A stretch of DNA of 64,000 bases from Octopus vulgaris (taxonomy: Eukaryota): assembly GCA_951406725.2 (NCBI GenBank), contig OX597819.1:128898001-128962000 (forward strand). Direction: 5' to 3'. The position numbers and the translations under genes are program-made. The notes under the pieces were generated by a model. The model did not search any database. It was not told the origin of the DNA and saw only the letters and a list, made by a program, of their open reading frames with translations. Positions within the stretch are counted from its first letter, which is position 1, and every line of letters begins with the position of its first letter. This document shows positions 38,820 through 52,625 of the stretch, piece by piece.

Positions 38820-39440
38820 AAAAACAATTGCAGCGTGGAAGGTGTTTGTAAGCCATTTAAGAAACACACAAAAAAACGGTTAGATTCACTTCAACATTTA
38901 AATTCAATTTTCCAAAATATTTTCGTTGCTTTGAGACAGTAACCTGATCACTGACAAATTTCCATACTACACAGAATTTGTCAGTGAACAGGTTACGGTC
39001 TCAAAGTGACGAAAATATTTTGACAAATTAAATTTAAATGTTGAAGTGAATCTAACAGACTTTGTGTGTTTCTTAAATGGGGTACTACTAGCGAACAGTG
39101 GTCCAGGTGCACACACACATCCAGTCGTGCATCTGCGCTAGCTAGTCGTAAGTAGTCAATCCTACAATGACTACCTAACAAAGTAAATAAAACACAAAAT
39201 AAATAATTTTTTTACACAAAGTAAATAATTTTTGTTAAACAAAGTAAATAAAACACAAAAACACAAAGTAAATAATTTTTTAAACAAAGTAAATAAAACA
39301 TAAAAACACAAAGTCAGGATCGACTAGTCATGGCTAGCTGGCACGGATGCGCAAGTACGCAAGAGTACACACTAGGACCACTATTCTCAAATAGTACCCT
39401 TAAATGGCTTATAAACACCTTCCACGTTGCTATTGCTTTC
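38820..39440. mobile_element. Foldback (palindromic) MITE interrupted by a second MITE
   Basis: Arms of about 105 bp at 38853-38960 and 38975-39080; outer pairing continues 38820-38861 with 39399-39440. Confidence 0.8.
39081..39398. mobile_element. MULE-like MITE with 9-bp TSD
   Basis: Termini GGTACTA / TAGTACC, long imperfect TIRs, TSD cttaaatgg at 39072-39080 and 39399-39407. Confidence 0.7.
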
Positions 39441-39821
39441 ATTCCAGCACACAATCTCAGATCAGGTCACTTGCTATGCAAGTACATCTCCTTAGTATTC
39501 GAAAGTGTTTTTTATCTTTCTAGATCTGTCCAACCTATTGCAATGTTAGTGCTGAACATGCCAACAGGCTTTTCATTAATTTGGTGTGTTAGTGAATATA
39601 AAGTCATTGATTATTGCTGAAATTCTTACTAACACAACATGCAGCCATCAAACATGACTATTGTTATTTCCAGACAAATTGCTATAAATAGCATCTAAAG
39701 CTGATGACCTGTGCAACTCTTTTGTATTTCAAGAAACTTTAGGGAATTGTTACATGACAGTTATTAATGATATCTGAGTAGTAAATAAATGAAGAACTAT
39801 ACTTTGTTTCTGTTCATTTAG

Positions 39822-39869
39822 CATTGCCTGAACCAACTACTACTTTAACACCACCAACACCACCCCCAG
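39822..39869 (+). CDS. Lectin exon 12 (48-nt Pro/Thr linker micro-exon)
   Basis: catttag|CA...CCAG|gtgagt; LPEPTTTLTPPTPPP; phase 1 to 1. Confidence 0.82.
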
Positions 39870-40297
39870 GTGAGTTTACATAGCGTTTGCTATTTTATAT
39901 TCTAAACTCAAATCCTCTTTGAATTAACTTCAGCAGTATCTTTGGAATATCAGAAAATACCTTGCAGCATAAGACATAATTCCCCTTTGGATTCTGAGTC
40001 CAAATTCTGCCACTGCCATCTTTGCTTTTCATTCTTCTTGGAGTTAATAAAATAGAGTATAAATCATACACTGAGGATGATTTATATTTCAATAATGCAT
40101 CTGAGATTTGAACAGAATTATAATAGAAGGTAACATAATACTACAGAAAGTAAAGATATGCACTGATCCAGTCTGTATTGAGATATGAAATCCTTCTTGA
40201 GTTAACTGTTTTCCATCAGTCTGGGGCTGTAAAACTAAACACCTGTCAGGTATTAGGGAAAGGTGTGGGTCAATTTAGTTGACTATACTCTTCCTAT

Positions 40298-40755
40298 TCC
40301 GTGCCAGTGGCACATAAAAGGGCACCATTTGAGTGTCATCGTTACCAGCGTCACCTTACTGGCATTTGTGCCTGTGCTAGTAGGGTGCCAAGAGCACCAT
40401 CCGAGTGTGATTGTTGCCAGAGTAGCCAACAACTCCGTACTGGTGGCACGTAAAAGGGCACCATTCAAGCGTGATCGTTACCAATGTCACCTTACTGGCA
40501 CCTGTGCTGGTGGAATGTGTAAAAAGATTCGAGCAAGGTCATAGCCAGTACCGCCTGACTGGCCCCTGTGCCGGTGGAACGTAAAAAGCATCCACTACAC
40601 TCTCGGAGTGGTTGGCATTAGGAAGGGCATCCAACTGTAGAAACTCTGCCAAATCAAGATTGGAGCCTGGTGCGGCCATCTGGTTCACCAACCCTCAGTC
40701 AAAATCGTCCAATCCATGCTAGCATGGAAGGTGGACGCTAAACGATGATGATGAC
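40298..40755 (+). mobile_element. Repeat family D
   Basis: Five internal units plus conserved 3' end. Confidence 0.8.
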
Positions 40756-41828
40756 TTATATGATAAGTAAAACAGATGAGTACTAAACTAAATAATTTTT
40801 ATCTCATGCTTCTTAGTTGTAAGTTCAATTTCTATCTGTATTGATTTTTTTACTTTCAATCTTCAGCACCAGGGAAAACAAACCCATAAGACATAGAATG
40901 TTACCTTGTAACTAGTAAAACATGTCCATTCTACCCATTAAACCATTAAAAGTTTATCTTGTTCCAACAAAGAATTTATCTTGAATGCAATATCAGTAAA
41001 TTGTTATTTAACACGAGGTTAGTTCTGATCAAATTAACCAAATATCATACACGCTCCACCCCATCAGTTCTGTAAATCAGATATTATATTGTCCAATGCA
41101 TCTCCCTTATGATGAGGTAGATTTTGGTACTATTTCTACCGAGATCAAGCAATATGTATAAAGATCCCTTCACTAGTTCTGGTTCCCCATGTTTGGGTAC
41201 ATTAGAATAAGTGGTAAAATATGGCAAACCAAAGTTTCAAATTATGTTGAACATATCCCTTATGGCTGACAATACATGCATCTCTGAGCAGAAGTGGTTG
41301 GAGAGTGTCATAGTCATGTGTTGAGAGGGATTCTTTGGGCTTTGAATAAATGTAAGAAAAGCAAAGTTTGAAGGAAATATTAGTCATTTTTCATTCTTTC
41401 TAAGGGTAAGCAAATAGGAAACAACAGATGCTGTCCAAGGACAGAAATCTGTTACACAGTGTAATAGAAAACAACATTCTGAGTTCAAATCCTGCTAAAG
41501 TCAACTTTTTCTTGCTCCAGAAAGTGATAGTCATGTATTGGATCAACTTAATATTCCTATAAATCCTACTAGATGTAAACGGAATTGCAATGGAAGAAGG
41601 TGTACTGAGTTCAAATTGCACTGAGGTCAGCTTTACTGTTCCTCTTTTTAGAGTCAATTAACTACCAGTTAAGTATTGGAGATAATTAGATTGATGCATT
41701 CTTCCCAAATTCAATTTAGAAACTATTATAATGATATGTGCTTTTTTCTTCCTTCATGGTACCCTGGTATGCTTCTTCATATCATCCTTGTCACCACCAC
41801 TGCCACCACCATCACTATTGCCATCCAG

Positions 41829-42008
41829 ATGACTCAGAATTCAGCTGTCCAAATACCTGGGTATTTTACGATGGTTCCTGCTACAAAGTTGTCACGGAAC
41901 TTTTCAGTTGGGAACATTCCTTGCAGAACTGTTATCTCCAGGGTGGGGATTTGGTGTCTATCAACAGCAGAAGTGAACAGAGTTTCATCCACAAACTAGT
42001 AACTACAG
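41829..42008 (+). CDS. Lectin exon 13 (CTLD4 N-part)
   Basis: catccag|AT...ACAG|gtaaga; DSEFSCPNTWVFYDGSCYKVVTELFSWEHSLQNCYLQGGDLVSINSRSEQSFIHKLVTT; phase 1 to 1. Confidence 0.9.
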
Positions 42009-42282
42009 GTAAGAAGTAGCTTCTACTTGTATAGATAATGGTTAACACCAGGTTAGCCCTGACTGAGCAAATCAATGATAAATGGTATTTAAGTTCTACT
42101 TGTCCTCAACTTAAACTATTGTCCAGTTTAGCACACCACCAGGCCCTCGAATGCTTTTGGCAGAAAGCATTCTGTTGCAAGCATCTGGACCAAATCTTTC
42201 ATCACAGAATAATTTTCTCCTTCCTTCTACAAGTCTTAGAATCTTTAGAAAGAGTCATACATGCCACTCTTTCTTCTTTGAT

Positions 42283-42642
42283 TCTCTTTACTCTCTTTTA
42301 ATCTTTTACTTGTCTCAGTCATTTGACTGTGGCCATGCTGGAGCACCGTCTTTAGACGAGCAAATCGACCCCAGGACTTATTCTTTGTAAGCCTAGTACT
42401 TATTCTATTGGTCTCTTTTGCCGAACAGCATCAGTTGTGAAGTGATGTTGGTGGGAACAAACACAGACACACAAACGTACACACACACATACATATATGT
42501 AAACATATATACGACAAGCTTCTTTCAGTTTCCGTCTACCAAATCCACTCACAAGGCTTTGGTCAGCCTGAGACTACAGTAGAGGACACTTGCTCAAGGT
42601 GCCACACAGTGGGACTGAACCCGGAACCATGTGGTTGGTAAC
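42283..42642 (-). mobile_element. SINE family B
   Basis: Reverse-complement match to other B copies, internal deletion. Confidence 0.8.
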
Positions 42643-42752
42643 AATCAGTGAGGAAACCATTTAGACCCGTTGTGTGCATGCACACACACACACATGCATG
42701 CACGAGCACACACACACACACATATGCACACACACACACACACACACATATG

Positions 42753-42789
<37 letters not shown>

Positions 42790-44017
42790 GCATACACACA
42801 CACACACACACTCAAACACATGCATATACCCTCGTGTGTGTAGCGAGAGAGAGTGGTGGGTGGGGGGTAGAGAGATCAATTTGACTGGGATCTATAATTT
42901 TTATTGCTGTTTATCTATGTTATCTGAAATTTCTAGTTTGACACGTACATCGCTCGTCTAAATATTCTCCTGGATATAACAGCAAAGGAAGTCCAGGCTA
43001 TTTTATATATATTTATAAATGCAACCATCTACAGAAGAAATCAATATTTATTTAACATGAATCTAAAAGGTTAAACATGACATTCCAATTCTATATGCAC
43101 ATGTGTGTGTGGTGGGTGAGAGTGCTCTACAACTATTTAGAAATTAGTTGGGGCTATACCCAAAGTCTACATGAAAAGAAATAATTGGAAATGATGGATA
43201 TCAAATATACCCATATAATTATGTGTATACTAGATATTTTAATGCATATAAATTAAGTATATATGAAAATATCACAGTTTATTAATGAAAGTGGAAGATA
43301 ATCCTCAATACAATGTGTGGGGTACATTGTTCAAACTGAATTCAATTTTGATTTTTGTGACAGTTTCATGTCTCTGTGATCGTCAGGTGAAGTGTTTTTG
43401 TCTTCTTTTTGTTGTTTATTTATATTCATGCTAATGTTTTATATACTGGAGTGTGCTTGTTGATGTGAACATATCTATAATTTTTATTGGCCACTTTTTT
43501 GAATGTTGTTCTATAAATATATTGTAAATATCATAATGTATAATTATTTCAAATACAATTTGCTTATAGGTCTTTTTTGATTGGTCAGATTTGCTCTTAT
43601 GTCCAGAATAGCATTTCTTTTTAATACAATAGTTTTAATAATTTTCACATAATTGCTCTTCATTGAACATTTCAGTAGTTGTCTGTTTGATACCTGTCAA
43701 TCTTGAAATCATATCCTGTTTACTAAAATTCTATACATGTTCATCACTCTTCATTTTGAGCTTTCTGCTAAAATGCTTTCATGAAAAAATATTCTTATCT
43801 TTGCAATTTATAAAAATATTAAAATTATAAATTAGGGTATCTATGAGATACCACCATGCTGAAAATAGCAGCCATGATCTGACTCTAAAACCACCTTATT
43901 TGTCCATATATCAACACGGAGAGAAAACAAAGAGACAAGATGAAAGTAGCAAAAAATTACTGGATAATTCTAGATCCCAGATTTCTGATTTGGCATTTAG
44001 TTATGCTTTGCCTCATA

Positions 44018-44091
<74 letters not shown>

Positions 44092-44238
44092 GTGTGTACA
44101 CGTGTGTGTGGTGTATATAGGAGTATATGTAAGGACAAGCAAGTTGGGCAAGTCAACATACAAAAATATTCAATACATTTAATACAAAAATGTATATGTT
44201 TACATATAAAAATGTAAGTGTAAGTAGGATTTTTTATA

Positions 44239-44625
44239 TGCAGGAGTGGCTGTTTGGTAAGTAGCTTGCTTACCAACCACATGGTTCCGGGTTCAGTCCC
44301 ACTGCGTGGCACCTTGGGCAAGTGTCTTCTACTATAGCCTCAGGCCGACCAAAGCCTTGTGAGTGGATTTGGTAGATGGAAACTGAAAGAAGCCCGTCGT
44401 ATATATGTATAGGTATATATGTATGTGTGTGTGTTTGTCCCCCCAACATCGCTTGACAACCGATGCTGGTGTGTTTACGTCCCCATAACTTAGCAGTTCG
44501 GCAAAAGAGACCGATAGAATAAGTACTAGGCTTATAAAAGAATAAGTCCTGGGGTCAATTTGCTCAACTAAAGGCGGTGCTCCAGCATGGCCGCAGTCAA
44601 ATGACTGAAATAACTAAAAGAGAAA
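44239..44625 (+). mobile_element. SINE family B, full length
   Basis: Head, internal TA/TG tract and tail complete; another copy at 44826-45133. Confidence 0.85.
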
Positions 44626-44987
44626 TATGTATGTACATATTTTTGTACTAAATGAATTTAATGTTGCCTAACTTGCTTCTCCTTACATTTGCTCTGCTAC
44701 TTGCTCAAGTTCAAATCTCTTGAGTACTACAGAGTGAATTCTATACAGAGAATACCTGTCTCTAATCTATAAACAATATGTATATATGTAAGACTGCCAT
44801 GTTGTGTTGGCAAATAGACTTTACTAGGCACAGGAGTGGCTGTGTGGTAAGAAGCTTGCTTCCCAACCACATAGTTCTGGGTTCAGTTCCACTGTGTGGC
44901 ACATTGGAAAAGTGTCTTCTACTGTAGCCTTGGGCTGACCAAAGCCTTGTGAGTGGATTTGGTAAATGGAAACTGAAAGAAGCCCAT

Positions 44988-45024
<37 letters not shown>

Positions 45025-45144
45025 TTGTGTGTGTGTGTGTGTATTTGTGTGTCTGTGCTTGTTCCCCACCATCACTTGACAACTGATGTTGGTGTGTTTA
45101 TATCCTGTAAATTAGAGACCGACAGAATAAATACTATATATATA

Positions 45145-45492
45145 TCGTTATATATAAAAGTCAAGTTGTGTGTCTGTCTCCTACGATTTAGATTCCTAAC
45201 TACTCCCACATTTTGCGGTGCAGTTTAACCAAAACGGGTATCTTATAGTCGTGATTCATATCGAGCCCTTCTGGGTATTAGCGCGCTCTATAATGAGTCT
45301 ACGATTTAAAAAATTTACCACCATTTTTTCCATTTTAATGCATTTTTTCCTGCTACGATGAGTCAACGATTTAAAAAAATTACATCATTTTTTTCCATTT
45401 TTAATGCATTTTTTGCTATTTTTTGGCTATAACTCTCTAAAAATGCTTATATAGTTATTTCCTTACAAACCCGAGCAACTCTGTACTGCTAG
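45145..45492 (+). mobile_element. Non-autonomous Helitron, second copy
   Basis: Highly similar to 2755-3154; a|TC...CTAG|t; small internal deletions. Confidence 0.8.
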
Positions 45493-45510
45493 TATATATA
45501 TATATATATA

Positions 45511-45552
<42 letters not shown>

Positions 45553-45714
45553 CAAGCGATGGTGGGGAACAAGCACAAACACACAAATACAGACACACAC
45601 ACACACACAAACACAAACACAAACACACTCACATACATGAGAAAATAGAAAGAGAGAGAGAGAGAACAGATGTTAATGTTCCAATTCAACTTTTGACTTT
45701 TTCTTTTTCTCCAG

Positions 45715-45869
45715 CAAAGCCTAGCAAAATATTTTGGATTGGATTGACTGATGCCCACCACGAAGGTATTTATACTTGGAGTAATGGTGACAAAGTGACG
45801 TATACCAACTGGAATGCTTGGGAACCAAACAATTTTGTCACTGAAAACTGTGTTTTATATTCAACCAGT
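45715..45869 (+). CDS. Lectin exon 14 (CTLD4, WIGLTD and EPN)
   Basis: tctccag|CA...AGT|gtatgt; [51 protein letters not shown]; phase 1 to 0. Confidence 0.92.
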
Positions 45870-46185
45870 GTATGTTGTTTTGATGTTTTTGTTTTTACTT
45901 TTTAGTCTTTGATCATCTCCAAATGAGGAGATATTTACCAAAAATATTCCCATCTTGACAGTTCTGTCCTTTTGTATGTCAGGGATGACATTACTAAATA
46001 TTTCTTTCCTTTTTATCAAAGTTGATATATATATATATATATAATCTGATGGAGATTTGGTTATTATTTCTAGCATCCATGTCGTCTGTTCCTTTATTGG
46101 CTCAATCTACTCTATGTCTTACTACGTGATGACGATGATGATGTTGTCTTGCTTTAAGCCTGTCCTGATCAATCAGAATTATAAC

Positions 46186-46386
46186 TTAACCCTTTCGTTG
46201 CCAACCTGGCTGAAACCGGTTCTGGCTCTGTAGTATTAAAATCTTCCACCAAACCTTAGTCACAATTACTATTCCTAACAGCAGTTTAATGATAACTAGG
46301 TTATTTTACAAAATTCTTTGTTAAATCTAAAATAACTGAGAGAAACACAGAACATCTCAAAATAAATACAGTAACGAAAGGGTTAA
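46186..46386 (+). mobile_element. piggyBac-type MITE
   Basis: TTAA-CCCTTTCGTTGC...GTAACGAAAGGG-TTAA. Confidence 0.85.
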
Positions 46387-46879
46387 GTAGTTAGTGGTCC
46401 TTATTCTCAGCCACAGAAGTGCCATATTTAATGTTTCCTAAAGGGTCAAAATATCAGAATTGAACAAAAACTTTGATTAGTATTTCTCCTTATAGCATAT
46501 CTTTACTTTATTGTGAGAGCGCGTTACCATGAAGAGACTTAAACTATTAAAACCACAGACCTCCTATTTAAATATATTACAGAACATTTTGATGGAAATT
46601 TGGTTGCTAATTTTGAGACAGCAAAGTGTCTGCCTATTTGTTTCATCATTTCAAACAGTTTTGTTATATCTTGTGTGGTGGCTTATTTAGTTGAGATATT
46701 TGCCACCTCTCACTTGCAATGTTTTTTTTTTTCATATTCAGATTAAAAAGAAAAAATCCTGCCAGCCCCCTCCTCCAGTAATACTTAATTCATGTTAAAA
46801 AAAAATCCTGGAATAAATTGACTGAATTTATGGTCAGGAATATATTATAAGTAAATCCAAGTACTGAGTCACTAGAGAC

Positions 46880-46931
<52 letters not shown>

Positions 46932-48840
46932 GGATGATAATAATAAGGATAATAATGATTTCATCTATTTGCACAATGGCGAAGGACGAGGGGGGACAAT
47001 ACAGAGACAGACATAAAGTGTGGGGGTTTACATATAATAATGGTCCAACCCATGCTAGCATGGAGAACGGACGTTAAACGACGATGATGATGATGATGAA
47101 TGAAATGATAAAAAAAATAAATAAATAAAAAAATATACACTGGAAAAGAAGAGACATATGCATAGCATACAAAGGTAAAAAGAAAAAAGAGAGGAGGATA
47201 ATAGAGATGTGGCCCTCTTCATACCTAACTGTCCGAGATTTCCATGAAACTCTAGGAGCAAGTGCCCTCTCCAGTTCCTTCTCTCTGACTTATAGTCTAC
47301 ACTTAGAGAAGTACCATCCACTCTTGCTATTTTCACAACTTTCCCCCACCTTTCACCAAACTTACTTGAGGACAGCACTTCCCTCACCACTCTCAATTTC
47401 CTTTGATATATATATATATATACTTTATTTAAAAGCACCAGAAATATAACAAAAGCTTTTATCATCGGACAGTTTTGTTAAAATAGAACAGAAATAACGA
47501 TATGATCAAAACTAGTTAAAGGATACACCTTTAAAAATGGATTTGTTTCATTGGTTCTTTCAAATAACAGTCTTAAGCATGCAATAAACAAAATAAACAA
47601 AATAAACAAAATAAATGAATTCAATATAAATTCATGCTATTATAAAAATCGAGGAAAAACCTTAAAACAAAGAGCGGATTCAAAATACATATTGCATATA
47701 ATTATATTCGAAATATAATTCGATTAATACAATTAATACATTAACAATTAAAATTAAAATTAAAATTTTTATGCTGCATTACATAAATATTTTACAACAG
47801 TATATACACATACTTGGCCTGCTCGCTTAGCCAGCGGGGTGGCGTCATTCGAAGGCTAAAACAATGTGAACGCATTGTGACCAGCGATGTGTAACTACAT
47901 CTGATGGACTGGTCGGTCACGTGTGATATACACATACTAAACCATCAATATACATATATACATCAAAATGCACAGATGGATATACACAGACTACATACAT
48001 ATGCAGACATATATATGTAAGATGTAAATATACACACAAATACACATATACATATGTATGCAATCTTGCTCGCATGCAAAAATCACTTGTTGTATGCATA
48101 CAGATGAGAAGTAAAACAGAGAGGAGGAAGAAAAAGAAAAGGGAAGGATCTTATATATAACAGTTAGTGGAGAAAGAAGTAAGAGTAGGGGAGAGGCACA
48201 CAAAGTTAAAGGACTCTATACAAGTAACAAATAGGGGGAGAAAAATACTTTTTTCTAAGGAAGGAAAAGAAAGAAAGAAAGAAAGAAAGATATCTTATTG
48301 AGATAAACTATGAACAAAGACATCCTAGAAGTGACCAACACAGCTTTCTTTTATGCCTGTCACTACATTAATCATTATGTTCATCCTCTTTTTAAACTGG
48401 TAAAGTATAATTTGGAGAAAATTTGCTGTTATTGCTAGCAGGTTGAGTAACTCCATAGGCATCCGTTCAATAACTCACCAACATTGTTTTGTAATCAAGT
48501 GTCTTCTTTCTGGACACATACTTAGTATTTAGCTGGAGTTAAACAAGGAACCTTCATTTCTGAATATATATATAGTAAAGACTGAAATATTTCTTAACAT
48601 TTCATTTTGTAATACGAAGGTTTAATCTTGAATTACAGTAAAATAAATGAAAAGATAAAACTATACTTTAAGAGGATTTGCAGAGTCCCAGTTTTCATTT
48701 TTTTATTATTATATTTGATGAATAGGAGACACTAGTCTTGGTTTCATAGCTGATAAAAATGTAATGCAGATATGAATATTAGATCAAAATTGTTTAATCT
48801 CTGAATATGAAATTAATAGTCCCTAAAATTTTAATTTAAT

Positions 48841-49067
48841 TTAACCTTTTCGTTACGTAATTATTTTGAGATGCTCTGTGTTTCTCTCAATTACTTTAAA
48901 TATAACAAAGAATTTAATAAAATAACTTAGTTATCATTCAGCTAGTGTTAGGAACTTAAATTGTGACTAAGGTTTGGTTGAAGATTTTAATTCCAAACTT
49001 ATGAAAACAAGATATTTGTACTCAGTGCCAGTACCGGTTTCGGCCGGGTTGGTAACGAAACGGTTAA
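48841..49067 (-). mobile_element. piggyBac-type MITE
   Basis: TTAA-CCTTTTCGTTAC...GTAACGAAACGG-TTAA; reverse complement of the 55470 copy. Confidence 0.85.
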
Positions 49068-49515
49068 AAGGTTATAAAATATACATAAAGAACTACTGAA
49101 ACCAAATCAATAAATTCTTTGGGAGAAAAGCTGAAATGACTTGAAATGTATCAGTTAAAGCTGGGTCATATTGTTATGTTACATCTAAAGGTGGAATTAA
49201 GAGTAAAAAAAAAATGTTAATCTTAAATTTAATTCTACAAAAATAAATGAAAATACAAGCTAGACTTCAAGAAGCTTTACAGAGTCTGAACTTGTCACTT
49301 GTTTTACAATAGGGAGATTTATCTTGATCTTGATAGCTAATTAAAATGTAACGAGGATGTCACTATCCAATTTTTTAAAAAAATTTTATCTCTGAAGACA
49401 GAGTTAATAGTCTAAAAATTATAATCCAATTTAAATGATTTTGTATTAGTGACAATAAAATGTTTATAAAGAAGGAAGCAAAAAAATGAATCAATAAATT
49501 TTTTTTGTTTTTCAG

Positions 49516-49605
49516 GAAAAAAGATGGAGTGACTACAAATGTAACAGTAAAGAAGGGTCGATATGTAAGAAGGCAGCCGAACGGATCGCAACTGAGAACT
49601 GTTTG
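49516..49605 (+). CDS. Lectin exon 15 (CTLD4 C-part, WSD)
   Basis: ttttcag|GAA...TTG|gtaagt; EKRWSDYKCNSKEGSICKKAAERIATENCL; phase 0 to 0. Confidence 0.9.
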
Positions 49606-49715
49606 GTAAGTTTTGTCTTTGTGGTTCTCTTGGCAAAATACTAATTACACCAAATTAGATTTTGCTATTGCAAATTAACTTCATTTACCAAGATAAATAA
49701 TGAAACAAAGATTGT

Positions 49716-50540
49716 TGTTATTACACTGCATGTGTAAGTGAAAACAGGGTATTCTAATCATTCACCTTTGTCTGTTTGTCTGTGTGTTTGCAAAATAACT
49801 GGAAACCATCAGAACGGATTTTCACCAAATTTGGCAGAAATACTCATTGGATGAGTGGCTCAAAATGATGAAAATTTGGTTTGATTATCTTCAAACATAC
49901 TTAAATACATACTTAATCAAAATGAGGGTGCAAAAATTGGATATTAATTTTATAACATCAATTTAACACTAGTGGTCTAGCATATAAAAAACTGAGATTC
50001 AGTAAATAGTATTTCATACATAAATATAAAAGGGAACTACTATGTGGAAACCCTTACGCTAGAAAAAGATCCGCTATGGTCTCAACCACGAGACCATAGC
50101 AGATCTTTTCTAGCAGGGTTTTGTACATTTACAAATTGATTTCTTAATTTCACTGGAGTATAAATACCCATAATAGTGATACTTAAAAAAACAAAAAAAT
50201 TTTTAGATTCAACTTACAAATTTCTTGATAACCAAGTGGTCATATAATTTATATCCTGCAATGAACTACAGTACGTTTGGTTCACCTGCCATCATTGAAA
50301 GATGTTCAAAACACTCCCCAAATTCTATGCAATATTTTTTATAAGTACTTCATTATGTTCACTTCTTTCATATGAATTCACCCTCGTCTGGTGTGGGGTT
50401 TAGTTTATTTGCAAGTTGATTTCTTAATTTCCCTGGAGCGTAAATACTAATAATAGTGATACTTAAAAAAAAATTTTTTTTAATTCTAAAAATGTATCTG
50501 AACACAGGTATGCATTACCCAACCGATGCCTTTTTTTTTT
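49716..50540 (+). mobile_element. Helentron/DINE-like non-autonomous element
   Basis: ttattacac..cagggtatt..tgtctgtttgtctg..gattttcaccaaatttgg start; T-rich end. Confidence 0.4.
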
Positions 50541-50714
50541 CATTATTTTAGTTATTATTACTGATGATGATAAAAGGCACATAAAAGGCACCATTTGGTT
50601 GAGACCATAGCGGATCTTTTAATTCTAAAAATGTATCTGCACACAGGGTATGCATTACCCCACCGATGCCTTTTCTTTTTCCTTATTTTAGTTATTATTA
50701 CAGATGATGATAAA

Positions 50715-51171
50715 AGGCACATAAAAGGCACCATTCTAGTGTCATCGTTACCAGTGTCACCTTACTGGCACTTGTGCCCCGTGCTAGTAGGGTGCCAAGA
50801 GCACCATCCGAGTGTGATCATTGCCAGAGCAGCCAACTGGCTTCCGTGCCGGTGGCACGTAAAATGGCACAATTCGAGCATGATCGTTACCAACATTGCC
50901 TTACTGGCACCTGTGCTGGAGGCATTTGTAAAAAGATTTGAGCGAGGTTGTTGCCAGTACTGCCTGACTGGCCCTTGTGCCGATAGCACGTAAATAGCAC
51001 CCACTACACTCTCGGAGTGGTTGGCATTAGAAAGGGTATCCAGCTGTAGAAACTCTGCCAGATCAAGATTGGAGCCTGGTGCAGCCGTCTGGTTCACCAG
51101 TGCTCAGTCAAAATCGTCCAACCCATGCTAGCATGGAAAGCAGACGTTAAACGATGATGATGATGATGATG
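50715..51171 (+). mobile_element. Repeat family D
   Basis: Matches 40298-40755. Confidence 0.8.
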
Positions 51172-51379
51172 ATACCTAGCAGTATGCTGGTGTAACAAGA
51201 GTAAAAGTGCAGGCATGGCTGAGTCAGTAAAAGAGTGCATTGGGATGTTAGACAAGGTTTTGGATTTGAGTTATGGAAAAGTGGAATAAACATGAACCAG
51301 GGGTAGCAATAGGGAATAATAAGTACAGGGATTTTATGGGATTTCCCATTGACAGACCACACTAGTGAAACAGGGAGAC

Positions 51380-52625
51380 CAGATATAATTGTAGGGGACA
51401 CAAAAAAAAAAGAAAGCAGTGTAGGGTCTTAGGCTTTACAATACCATATAATAGTTGAGCTTATACGAAAGAAATTGAGAAATTTAGGAAATATACCTAG
51501 CCAATGAGATGATGAGATTTTGGAAGACAAAGGTGAAAATTGTTCCTATTCAAACTGATGCATTTGGTACAACACTCAGACTGTTACTTAAGAGGCTGAA
51601 GAATCCTGGAAGTGAGGCAGATATTGTTAACCTACAGAGAAATATTGTCATATATACTGCAAGAATTCTAAGGAATATTCTTGAGATTTCAGGTAACTTG
51701 TCACCAGCCATCAAGATAGCATTCCTGATAATTGAATTAGCAGTTCAATAAATATTCAGGAGAGTTGTAATTATCTGGATGAAAGCAAGTTTTACTTCAT
51801 GGGATGAAAGGATATTGCAAACAAAAATAAGAGCTAACAACAATGATTAAATGAGATATGAACCAATAAAAGCAGGAGATTACAAGCTTTTGAGGAGAAT
51901 CAAAAGAGAAAAACTTATACAGAGTAATAAAGAAGCTGGAAAAGAGTTAATAAAAATCTGTTTAAAATATGACAAATCTGAACGATCTTGTTTAGCAAGC
52001 CAACCTCTGTGGCTGTAGAAATTCTTGAGATTAAAATTCAAGTAAAATCAAGTAAAACAGGGGAGTAAGAACTTTGGGGGAAATGGTGACTTGAGAATCA
52101 GGATGAACAGCTTGATAGAGATATCTTCGAAGGATAAATGAAATACTTGGAAAGATGGTGAGGAAAAGACACAGAGATAAGCTTTAAAGAAAGTACATTT
52201 GATAGAGAGGGTTACAGGTACCTAAAGAGATTGGTCAAAATAATTACAGTAATACCAAGTAGAAAAAACTAGATGCCAGCAAATAAGAAACCAATACTAG
52301 CAGAACATGCTCTTTAGAATCAATGAATGGAAATTTGACCAACAGCTGAACAATAAGAACGAACATCAGGGAAATGAAGAGTTAAATGCTAAAGCAGCAA
52401 GGAGCTTTTGGTCAGATGTTTGGAGCAAAGAGTTCCAACATAACAGAGACATTCTGGTTGCAGAAATTTAAAAGTGAAATGGAAAATGGATCAAAACAAG
52501 AGTATATAAGCATTACAGATGAAAAGGGGGAGAAGATGTTTCAGGAAATCCCAAATTGGAAAACCCCTGGGCCAGATGGTGCTCAAAAATTCTGGCTTAA
52601 AAATATCACAAGTATGCACAGTTTA
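51380..52625 (+). pseudogene. Highly decayed R4-like (RLE-type) non-LTR retrotransposon fragments
   Basis: FWKTKVKIVPI..AFGT..LQRNIVIYTARILRNIL (RLE C-terminus) and IPNWKTPGPDGAQKFWLK (RT N-terminal region). Confidence 0.6.
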
